A stretch of DNA of 30,496 nt from positions 1 through 30,496 of the IMG/VR virus record IMGVR_UViG_3300005805_000313. One strand, 5' to 3'. The notes beneath the pieces were generated by a model. The model saw nothing but the letters and a program-made list of their open reading frames with translations, did no database searches and was not told where the DNA came from. The translations under genes and the position numbers were made by a program. Below are positions 1 through 10,700 of this stretch, one piece after another (position 1 is the first letter of the stretch; every line of letters starts with the position of its first letter). The stretch is from a virus. Lineage: Duplodnaviria; Caudoviricetes.

Positions 1-938
1 AACAAATTACCGCCAGTGACATTGCCTGTGACATTGAGTGTGGTGCCCACTGTGGCAGCGTTGCCTATGGCAAATGTACCGTTGCTGCCCAGTGCTCGTG
101 CGACATTATGAACAGTTCCGCTGACATTGGCACGTAAGATCAAATTGCCGCTGCTCACAGCAGCAGTGATCAAACCATCATTGGTGCTTTGGCTGATGTT
201 GACCACATTGCTGGTACCAATAAAGATACCATTGGCATTGTTGACCTGCAGTCGGCCAGTGGTGGCAGTGTTGGCAGTGGCTCGCATGAAGTCTGAACTG
301 TCCAAGTTATCCAACAATGCTGCATTGGTGGTAGTGCCAGCAAACACAGCACTGCTGACCGAGGCACTGAGAGTGATGCCGGGATAGATAATGGGGAAAG
401 CCGCAAGCAATGCAGCCTCTGGAACAAATTGAGCGCCGTCATACACAATGCCCACTCGCGTGTTGTTGACATACAGGCTGGTGATATAACGTGTGGCGCC
501 AACGTTGTTTAGAATTGTTTGAGGAATTGCGCCTGATTCACCTTGTGCGCTGGTGTATCCAGGACCTACAACCAAAAATGCTGCACCAGTATAAACTTTT
601 AATTGCTGGTTGGTGGTGTCATACCACAAGTCGCCTGTGACGTTGCTGCTGGGTTGGCTAGCCGAACTTGTGGCTGCTGAAATTGTTTTGAAAATTGTGC
701 CGTTGTAAACTTTGAGCAAGTTGTTGGTTTTGTCCCACCACAATTGTCCTGTGAGTGGCGACGCGGGTGCTGTGGTGTTTGATCCATTTTCCAGCAAGTG
801 AACAAAGTTTTCGTCTAAAAATTCACCGTAGCCAGCGTAGTTTTTGCCCACCAAGGTCATTGAACTTGCGGTGTTGATTGTACCATCAGTGATGGTGGCA
901 AAAACTGTGCCGTCGGTTAGATTGATTGTATATGCCAT
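1..938 (-). CDS. Baseplate/tail-fibre protein with a gp9/gp10-like N-terminus; partial, runs off the left edge
   Basis: Not in the ORF track because there is no stop inside the window. ATG at 938, AGGA at 948-951 and TATAAATA at 960-967. Translation MAYTINLTDGTVFATITDGTINTASSMTLVGKNYAGYGEFLDENFVHLLENGSNTTAPASPLTGQLWWD... stays open to the edge. ENF-x-x-LLE resembles the T4 gp9/gp10 N-terminal coiled segment. It has two G(Q/D)LW-x-D repeats, then a beta-rich fibre-like sequence (LNVTGNVTGGNL). Confidence 0.75.
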   Translation of the reverse strand, partial: MAYTINLTDGTVFATITDGTINTASSMTLVGKNYAGYGEFLDENFVHLLENGSNTTAPASPLTGQLWWDKTNNLLKVYNGTIFKTISAATSSASQPSSNVTGDLWYDTTNQQLKVYTGAAFLVVGPGYTSAQGESGAIPQTILNNVGATRYITSLYVNNTRVGIVYDGAQFVPEAALLAAFPIIYPGITLSASVSSAVFAGTTTNAALLDNLDSSDFMRATANTATTGRLQVNNANGIFIGTSNVVNISQSTNDGLITAAVSSGNLILRANVSGTVHNVARALGSNGTFAIGNAATVGTTLNVTGNVTGGNL

Positions 939-959
939 GTCAGTTGTTCCTAGTAGCCA

Positions 960-967
960 TATTTATA
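960..967 (-). promoter_or_regulatory. T4-type late promoter TATAAATA
   Basis: Exact T4 late consensus on the minus strand, 21 nt before the ATG at 938. It contains the TAA stop of the upstream gene. A gp55 homologue is in the window. Confidence 0.75.
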
Positions 968-1571
968 CAGCATTTATGTTGCTCAGCGTCTGTATACGCA
1001 GGGTGTAATCAATTTGAATCTGACGATTCAAACTCTTTTGTACAGGGTGGAAAATGACATGGGTGATCAAGCGCAGATCATTCACAGAGCCATTCCAGGT
1101 TTTTAATCCAAGTTCATCAAATACAAATTCACCACTGAAATTGGTGGAATTGTCAAATGCTTGTTGTTCTGGTGGTTCTCCATAATCCAGCAAGCAGGTA
1201 ACAAGAATATCGCTGTATACATTGCCGCTGGTGTGCAACGCAGTCATTTTGTTGTTTTCTGGATCTGTATCAGCCGCTGAGTTGTCATCCACAACTTTGG
1301 CATAGGTTTCGTTGTACAAGTCCGCATTCTGACCTGTGGTGTTTGGGGGCAAATACGTGATGACACCAGTGGGATCTACACTACTACCACCATTGCCAAA
1401 TGCCATTTGATAGATATAACCAATGTTGCGATCGCTCAAGGTTTGTGCCATGGCCAAACTGATGTTTTCATAGTGAATTGCGTTCTTTTTATCCACCAGC
1501 ACTTCACCAGTGTTGGGATCATGTATCTTGACAAATCCTTCAATTTTGCACAGTCCGGGCTGGATAATCAT
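963..1571 (-). CDS. Conserved virion structural protein, probably a baseplate/fibre-attachment subunit (202 aa)
   Basis: Lies between the giant wedge gene and the fibre gene, the position of T4 gp8. Motifs MAFGNGG, LYN-TY-K, FDELGL and THVIF-PV-KS-NR-x-x-I-YT suggest a beta-sandwich tail/baseplate protein. ATGA overlap with the upstream 50-aa ORF. Confidence 0.6.
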   Translation of the reverse strand: MIIQPGLCKIEGFVKIHDPNTGEVLVDKKNAIHYENISLAMAQTLSDRNIGYIYQMAFGNGGSSVDPTGVITYLPPNTTGQNADLYNETYAKVVDDNSAADTDPENNKMTALHTSGNVYSDILVTCLLDYGEPPEQQAFDNSTNFSGEFVFDELGLKTWNGSVNDLRLITHVIFHPVQKSLNRQIQIDYTLRIQTLSNINAV

Positions 1572-1720
1572 GCTCTGCCCTCCACATAGGTTTTTTGGGT
1601 TTTTGGGTCAAAAATTCTCACGTGTGCTTGCACACTGATGGTGCCAGTTTCGTTGGGACGCCGCGGTTGCGAAGCAGTTTTTGGGGCTTCGGTTGACTGT
1701 TTTGATGCTGGGTTTGACAT
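1568..1720 (-). CDS. Small 50-aa hypothetical protein resembling the N-terminus of the downstream 202-aa protein
   Basis: Below the ORF-track cutoff. MSNPASKQSTEAPKTASQPRRPNETGTISVQAHVRIFDPKTQKTYVEGRA*. It fills the gap between two genes, has GATAAATA 7 nt upstream and ends in an ATGA overlap with the next gene. Confidence 0.75.
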   Translation of the reverse strand: MSNPASKQSTEAPKTASQPRRPNETGTISVQAHVRIFDPKTQKTYVEGRA

Positions 1721-1727
1721 GGTCTTT

Positions 1728-1735
1728 TATTTATC
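1728..1735 (-). promoter_or_regulatory. Late-promoter-like motif GATAAATA
   Basis: 7/8 match to TATAAATA in the 19-nt intergenic gap, 7 nt upstream of the ATG at 1720. Confidence 0.6.
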
Positions 1736-1739
1736 CGTG

Positions 1740-4700
1740 TTATCTGTCACACAAAAACCTTGCGGCGATTGTGTCAGTTTCTTGCAGTGCTACACCATCG
1801 CTGGGGGTACCAACACCGGGTGCATACCAAGTCACGCCACGACGTTGTAGGATGGTGACTTCGCTGCCAGCAGCCGGCGCAGGCCCATCAAATTCAATGG
1901 CCAATGGTCCAAAATCAGTGACAAAATATCTGTATTGTGACTCTGCAGCAGTTTGATTCACATTGTACTGACGTGTTCCGCCCACATAAACTTCAATACT
2001 TTCCACATAAATGGTACTGCTGTCACCAAAATCACTGACATCAATGTTGGGTGCATAGAACACTGTGGTAGTTCCATCGCCCATGCTAGAATCTTTGATC
2101 ACATAGTCTTGATAACTTTGATTCAACAAATTACCACGACCAATATCATACACTGCGTCACCTGCATTGTGAGCGGCTGCACCTGTGCCGGCGGTGCCTC
2201 TTTGCAGTCCTGACACAGTGTTGGCCACAATGTCACGATTTCTATACATGATGCGTTCACCACCAATGGTGATCACTCCAAAATATCCTGCTGGCAAGTC
2301 AGGCTCGGTCAAGGCACTGGCATCAACCACATAGATAGTGTCAGCAGTGGCTGACAAGTTTTGTGCCAAGGCAGTGGTGGTAGCAGTGGTCATTCTATAA
2401 GTGGCTTGAATACCACGCATGTCTTGGAATATACGGAATGCTGCTGCTTCAGGCACAATGCTATTGGTAAATTCTGTGACCACTAATTGTTGTCCAGTAC
2501 CAATTACTCCGCTGGCCAAAATCAAATACTGTCCGTCAATGGTGTAATCACTGCCTTCAAAAATTCTTAGTCCATCCAATGTTACCCACAATCGGTTACC
2601 ATTGATGTCGTTGCGCAACAAGTCAAAATCATTGATATTGTTTGTTACGCCAGTTTCTGCATCAAACTCTCCAGGCAATGGCTGTAACGGATCGTTCAGG
2701 GTGGGACTGTCGTAGTCAGTGGTGTCATAGGGTTCTGTTATGGTCAATCCAGTTTGCACTGGGCCTTGAAAGGTCAGTGTTGCGATGTTTTGTTGTGTGG
2801 TGTCATTCCAAGTGATAACTTCTACAACATCATTGAGATTCAAAGGTGACACAATTTGTAATTCAGCCGAAAATGTTGGACCTGATGCATTGTAATCAAA
2901 CAAACATTCAGCCAAGGTTGACACAGCAATCAATATCACATCTCCACTCTGCGGATTGTTTTCAAACACAACTTGTCGTCCAGGAGTGTTTGAGCCGTCC
3001 CAGTTTGTGACACTGTACACTCCGTCTTCAGCACCAAATGATTGTTTTTGCACAACACCATTCACATAAACTTGTATGTCATTCACAGCATCAATGCTGC
3101 TTTGCAAGAAACTGGCGCCCATGCGTTGTGGCAACCCAAAACTGTTGGTTGTGCCGTCACCAATCCACTCTATACATGTTGGACCAGTGAGTCTAATGCC
3201 ATTTACATTGACCACCATGTTGGCAGGGTTTGTTCCTGTGGGTGCCTGTTGCAGTGTTACTGCACCGTTGGTTTGAATAAATCCGTCCACCACAAATGTT
3301 TCAACCACTGGAGTGCTCCAAGACTGATAATCAGTGGGGGTGAATTTGGCAGTGAGTTCACCAGTCCATGTGGCTTGATCGTCAATCAGCGACACTTCAG
3401 TGACTCCATCTTGTGTTATGGTAATGGCATTGATTGAATCATCAACAATGGTCAAAATTTCGTATTCAACATTGGTTTCGACACCGCCCAAACTGTATCC
3501 TGAAAAAGTCACAGTCTGTCCCACACTCAATGATGTCAATGACCCCAGCAACACAATGGCATTGTCAGATTGTTGAGTATCTGTGACTGGAACGCTTGTG
3601 GCATCGCCCAGCACCACGATTGCTATGCCGTCATTGGCGGTGAATGAATCATTGATGAAAATTCTAGTGCGTTGAGTTGGCACAAAAGGCAACCAATACG
3701 CAGTGTCGGTCAACACTATGCCTGGTGGTACTGCTTGTATGGCACGATAGTATGCGCCTCGGGGTTGGCCAGTCATTGTGCCAGATGCAGTGGTCAACAC
3801 ATCGGGTGTGATAGCACCGGCAATGGAACTGATTGCAAACTGTGTGCCACTGATGATGTTTTGCACATAGTATGTTTGTCCAATAACAATTCCGCCAAAG
3901 CCAGTGCCAGCAAACACCACGGGTTGTCCCACGGTCAACGCACTAGTGTCATTGCAAGTTACCAGGTTGGATGTACCATTGGTGCTGGTCACAGTGATTT
4001 CATTGTTGTTGTACACAATGTCAAGACTTTGATATTCTAAATCAATATCATATGGGATGCTGTCGGTGTAAGGTTCTAAATCAACCGCATTGCTGACCAA
4101 GTCGCCATTGATAAACACTGCGGCCTCAACCAACTGGGCATAATTCACCGGCACTATCACTGCTGTTGAGGCAATTTCAGCACCTGTATAATTTGCTCGA
4201 TACAGTTGACTGCCGCCACCGATTTCATACACATCAATGTTGACAATGTCATCAGAGACCACATTGGCCAGTATTGTAATAGTCTGATCTGTCCAGTTCA
4301 CAGTGTAGTCAATGTCTTGATTTAACACCAGTCCAGTGGTCAAGTTTGATACGATAACTTTGAATGGGTAATCAACAATGTTGGCCCAACTAAAGGTGCT
4401 GGTGATCACAGGATCATATTCATAGCGTCGAGTTCCAATTTGGAACCCATGGCCGTTGAAAGTCCAGTCAGATCCTGGGCGTGTGTACACACGCAGGTCC
4501 ATGGTGTCATATTCTGCACCATTGACCAGTTCTTCAGGAGCATGTCCCTCGTAGGGCCCAACAAACTCGCCACCGTTGACGTTTATGTCTGAGAAACGTT
4601 CACCAAGATATATGTCTGCAAATTCACTTTGATAGTCGGCATCCAATGTTTGCGTTCCGGTAAAGTAATCACCCCAGACCTGTACACCAGGATAATCTAT

Positions 4701-7700
4701 GCCATCTACCAGCAATGGTAATTCCAATCCTGGTTGGTTTACGCCTGGAACATACAAGCCCATGGTACGGTCAACACCGGTAAGACCGGTGGGATAGGCC
4801 ACGCCAGGGTATGTGTAAGTTGCTGGATCAACTTCAGTCCAATTTTCTAGATCAAATGTGGGTCCAACCACAGCACTGCTGTCTGCGGGATTGGCTGACC
4901 ATACTCGATCAAGGTAGCGCACCAGGGTGCCTGATTCATATGTGCCGCTGCTGCTCCAAGTCTGCACTGTTGTTTGATACTGAAACCGGTCATAGCGTAT
5001 CACAGTTCGGAACTGACGCACAACGTCGTTGGTCATTCTTGGATATGCAGTGGCGCCGGTACCAGTACCACCGCCGCCTTCAAATGTGACAGTAGGTGTT
5101 GATCTGTACCCCAAGCCAGGATTGGTCACATTGATAAATGCAACTTGACCTTGACTGTTCAATATTGCTGTGGCGGTTGCTGTTTCTGTAGGTGCAGGAT
5201 CATTGGGATTGGCTGTGATGATCACTGATGGAGGTTCTGTGTATCCAGATCCTCCTGCAATCAATGCAACGCTGTCCAGGGTCAACAAATAGTTGTTGTA
5301 CCATTGGTTGTATGGAAAACTGCTCCACACAGTTGAATCAGCAGGCACATCACTGAGGTTGTTGGTTTGTGAGTTAAATGCTGTGCCATGATCATAGGGC
5401 AACAGTATAGGGCTGGTAAATTGTGGTATATCTGTACTGGTATCGTAGTATGCTGGCAGATCAAAGTCGGTCATGTCACCTAACCACTCATTGAATCCAC
5501 TGTAGCGAAGATTGAATTCTCTAATCTGCACATGGTATGGTTTGACTTCTTGGATGTAGTCCAACACAAATTCTTGATTGTCTCTCACGTAATTTTGGAA
5601 GGGCAACAGCGCACGTATTCTGTGCTCAACATCAATCAAAGAAGTTTTGATCAACCATTCTGGTGCAGCAAATTCGCTGAGAACAAAGTCAAACATCAAG
5701 GTCAATGCACGATTGCGTTCAATCAACAAATCATCAATGAACAATTCTTCATTGATGGCTTGAATAATTTTGCGTGTTTCAATCACAGGTTCTTGATCAA
5801 AATACTGTGCATCAAACACTTCAACGTCAAAGCCAAATCTCCCCAGTGCATAGTCCCATAGTTCTGCTGAGAATTCAATGGTACCATCCTGCAGACCTAC
5901 TCGATCCCATCCAGTGAGGGTGCGTAGGTAAATTTCCCATTTGCCTTGCCCATTGGCAGTGACTCTAACACTGCTGCCGACCGCGACGTCCAGTGTGATC
6001 AGTGCGGTGTAGTTGACCACTTCAGCAATGACTTTAGAACTGGTATTATACCCGGGCAAGTACCAATTGATGTAATTCCAGTATTGACGTGTGTCATAAT
6101 TTTGCACACGCTCTAGTTGTAATTCTCTTATGACTCCAGCGGAGGTTGTGGTCTCCACTACTTGATAAATGGTCCACAGTCCACGATTTCTAGAGTCAGA
6201 TGCAACCAGATACTTGTAGCCCAAGGCAACTTCGTTGATTTTTTGAAATCCCAGAATTTCCAGGTCAACAACTCGTTTGTTCCAATTCACAGTCGAAACT
6301 CCATTGACTGTGGTAATTGCGCTGGGTTCAGGATCAGCACTGTTTAACAATACAAATGTTCTGTTTTCAGAAATAGGAAATTGTGCCAGCACTGTGTTGG
6401 CACGTTCAAGATAATTTTTCAGTGCAGCAAATCTGTTGACAAACATGCTTTGTCGCGGACGAAATTGCACACCATAACGTTGTGCTGGTCCAAGATTCAC
6501 GTCTGGCACAAGATTGCCAGCAGTGTCAACTCCACAGAAACTGTCTTGCAATTTGCGATACAATCCGTTGCTGAGCCAAGCATCTGCACGGCCTTGTGCA
6601 ATCAATTCGTATTCTACGTGTACGTTGTCATTTGTAAATTCTCGGTCAAACTCAATACTGATTATGGTGTCTTCAGCATCAATGTAATCTGCTGCATTGT
6701 ACAAGGCAATGGTACTGGCGTTGATAGGAGCAATGTAAGTGATGCCTGATGCTCTGGGATTTTCAATATAATTGGCCACTGTGCTCACTGGCAGTGTTTT
6801 GCCTTTTTGTGTGGCGGTGCTGGTTATTCCTCTTACCCAGAAATAGTATTCAGTATTGAAAATTCCTTGAGGATTTAAAACAGTATTAATTACATAACTC
6901 AATGTGGTCAGTGGTATGCCTGGTCCTGTGTAAGCAGCAGGAGGCACAGTGCTGACTATCCATTGGTACACATCCACGGTGCTTCCTGGGAACACTTGCC
7001 CCCAACGACGACTTGCATACACCAAATCATCTTGATTGGGATCAATAAATCTCACTGTGCTGGTATCCCACCAAACTTCTCCTACATGACCAGCACCCCA
7101 GGTGGTTCCACGAATGTTTGTAGGCCCTATGTTGTAACTGGCTGGATCTATTGCGCCTATGTAGTCAATGTTTTGACGTGCTGCTCCAAGAATTTTGCCT
7201 TGCAGTGGATTGAAGAAATCATAGTACTGAGTAACTGCTGAAGTGACTTGATCATAACTGTACACTGAGTTCAACAGTCTAACATCTACAACTGGTTGTT
7301 GCACTCGCAACACTGTCCAAGCAGGCACACGATCAGGATTGACACTGACAAACACTCGACCATAGTTGGCTACCAGTGTGCTGTCTCCAAGTTCATTGCC
7401 AGGAGCACCAGTAAACAACACGCCATCAGTGTAGTTTACCGCAGTGCCATACTGATCATAACTTGCCACATCAGGGTTATCAATCTGTTGTCCAAACACA
7501 AATTTGTCTGGGTTGGTCACACTGCCGTTGGCACTGTTCAACAAATCGTATGTGTACACTGCACCACTTTGTATAATCTGGTCAAAGAAGTCCGTGGCAC
7601 CTTCGTCAAAGTCCGTGGTGTCTAGATCAAATACTGTGATCAAATACAGTGTGCCACGCGGTGCACCCACCACTAGATTCACAGCCGAATCGTCAATGCT

Positions 7701-10700
7701 GACACTGGTACCAAAGCCAGCAAAGTCCACAGGGTAAGGACTCACAATGGTTTGAGTAAATCTATAAGTGGTGAAATCAATGTCATAAAACGCTGTGCCA
7801 ACACTGCCAGGCAGCACAGAAAGTTTGGCACCCACAGGTGCTGCTGCGGAATTTTTTACAGCAATGGTCAAATGGCCATCAGCATCCACAGATGCTGTTA
7901 CATTGGGCACATCGATGTTGATCTGTGCTGCCAGAGCACGATAATCCACTGATGCTACGACAGTGGTTGTTTCAACCACACGCCAGTAAGATGTGTTGGT
8001 CAGGGCCGTGGCAGCCGGCACACTCTGCAGACTGACATATATGGTTGTGATGGGAGTCACAGTAGAGTACACCACAGTGTTGACCGGATAGGACGTGATG
8101 CTGCTCCAGGCACTGGGTACTGTCACGTCTTGATTGTTCACACGCAGAGTGTCGCCACTGTTTAACGCACCCAAGGGATTGCCGCACTGTGTGATTCCAT
8201 AAGCAAGACTTTGATTGACCAGTCGTTCAACTGCTCCAGATTTGAATTGCTGCACACTGCTGTTGGGTGCGCCCACATACAGACTGCAATTGTAACTGCA
8301 CAAGTCGGTGGCATAGCCATAGTTTGAGAACTCTTCAACTGTGTTTTGATTTATGATTTGTACCAATTGGAATTCATTGGTTTCAATTTCAATGATGTCC
8401 CCCACTGTCAAATTGGCATTGCTAATGGTTATGGTGTTGCCATTCACTGTGAATGCATTGTCTGCATCAGGTTCTGCGTTGGCTTCGTTGACAAAAAACG
8501 TGCCATTGACCAGCACACTGACTGGTTCTGCAACAGCACCCAACACCGTGAACTGCACTGTAGACCCGTCTGTGCCATAGATGAATCTTTGTACATTTCT
8601 GTCATACACATACACTGAACCTGCTTGTGCATCGCTGGTCACAGTGCGGTTGGGCGCCCCTATCAGAATTTGACGTCCGTCAGTGCTGGTACTGACTGTG
8701 TGACCAAATCTGTCACCAGCCACACTGGCTGCATCGGTAATGGTGCCTGCATACTGAAAATACCCTTCAGCACGTATCAAAATAGTGGAACCCGCAGCCG
8801 GCGAGTTTACAAAATTGATGTCATTGCCCAGTGTGCTGTCTCCGCTGAAGGTGTAGTCAATTTCAGGACGTTGTAACACATCGTCGACCAGTACTGAGAA
8901 ACTGTAGATATTTTGTACTGTATACAAGTATTCATTCAATGAAAACTGTGTGGTCAATGTGGGCGGAGTATAACTTGGTGTTCCATTTATGGCTGTGATT
9001 ACTCCGGCTGTGTCAGTCACAGTGAATGTGATGTCATTGGCCGGACTGGCGCCGCCACCAAAACTTGCAGCTGGAATGGTTATGGTATTGCCAGTGGTGT
9101 ATCCGGTGCCACCATCAACTATGAACACTTGAACTGTTCCACGCAGTCGGGTAACGTCAAACATGGCATCTGATCCAGTGCCGCCAGTGCCCGGCAAGGC
9201 ACGATAAATTTCATAGTCCAATATCTTTCGACTGGTTCTAAAAATTTCCACGGCATCACCCGCAGCAGGTGCTGTGACAAATCTCACTGTGGTCAGCCCG
9301 TCAACCACGGTGTAATCTGTGTTTAAAATTTGTTCATCGCCGGCCACACTGACAGTGAGTTGTGTGTCAGCGTCAATTTGAATTATGCCACCAATGTAAT
9401 AATCAATAGTATCGCCTGTGCCTAGAACTTGCAAGATTTGTCGTGACCAGTCTACTCGACCGTAAGCATACACTGCGTTGGCGCCGGGCGCACCTACATA
9501 CAACCAACGTTCGTCTTGACTCACGGCCACACTGTGTCCAAATTCTTCAGCGGCAAACAATGAGCCAGGTGTGGTCAACAACTGCCATTGTCCATAAGGA
9601 ATGTTTCCTGGTGCGGCCAATTGTGGATCGCGGTATATGACCACGGCATACCCGTTGTCTGGAGTGCCAAGCCCACCAGCACCAAGACTGCCAGGAGCAC
9701 CTGCTGCTGCCCAGGTTTGATTGCCAAAGTCCACAGAGGCACCGTATTCGCGAGCCGCCGATTGGCCACTGACAGGATCAGTCACTGCTAGACTTAGCAC
9801 AGCATCGTTGGGTGCCAAAGCAGATATTGGAGTGTATACATTGCTGTCACTTCTCACATACACATACACACCACCGCGACGTGGCAGTGAATTCAGCGAG
9901 TAAGCAGTCCAGTAGGCAGTATTGTAAATGCTAATGCCTTGTGGCACAGGTGCAGGAGTACCACCAACATTGGCAATAAAAAATTCAGTTTGATATGGAT
10001 CAGGCACAAACACAATGGCATCACCTGCATAGGCATTGGCAATGTTCCACTCTGTGGCGCCTGCAGGGAAACGATATCTTGGGCTGCCCACCAAGGCAGC
10101 ATATCTGTTTTGAGCCTGTGCAACTGCTGAACCGTATTGCTCGCCTTCGTCAACTTCCACAGGACTAAGGTTTAGCAGTTCTGAAAATACTTCTTGTTTT
10201 TGCAGCACTGACCATAATCCAGCACCGTTGTCATCCACCCAGACTTGGGCACCTGGTTGAATGGCATTGGCATAAGGCAGACTCAGCACGTCACTGGCCT
10301 GTGCCACACGTTGTGTTTCTAGTGTGAAGCCAAGGCCTGTGCCATTTACAATGGTGCGACTGCCGGAAAAACTGAATGCAACTAGCACTGTGTCAAGACT
10401 GGGCACTGACAACACAGTGTACACACCGTTGACTTCAGGGTCAAAGAATCTTATGATCAATTTGTCATTGACAACCAGTCCGTGCTGTTCGCTGAATATC
10501 ACACGACTGGTTCCGTCAAGATTGTCGCACACATGAGCAATTGTGCCTGGCACTGATTGACTGCGATAAATGGCCCAGTCATAGGCGTTTATTTTGGCCA
10601 CCCAGATGTTGGTACCAACACCAATGTTGTCAATGTTGGCGTCTAGGCTATCAGTGTTGTTGATATCAAATACTGTGATGTCAACGTCGTTCAAATTCAC

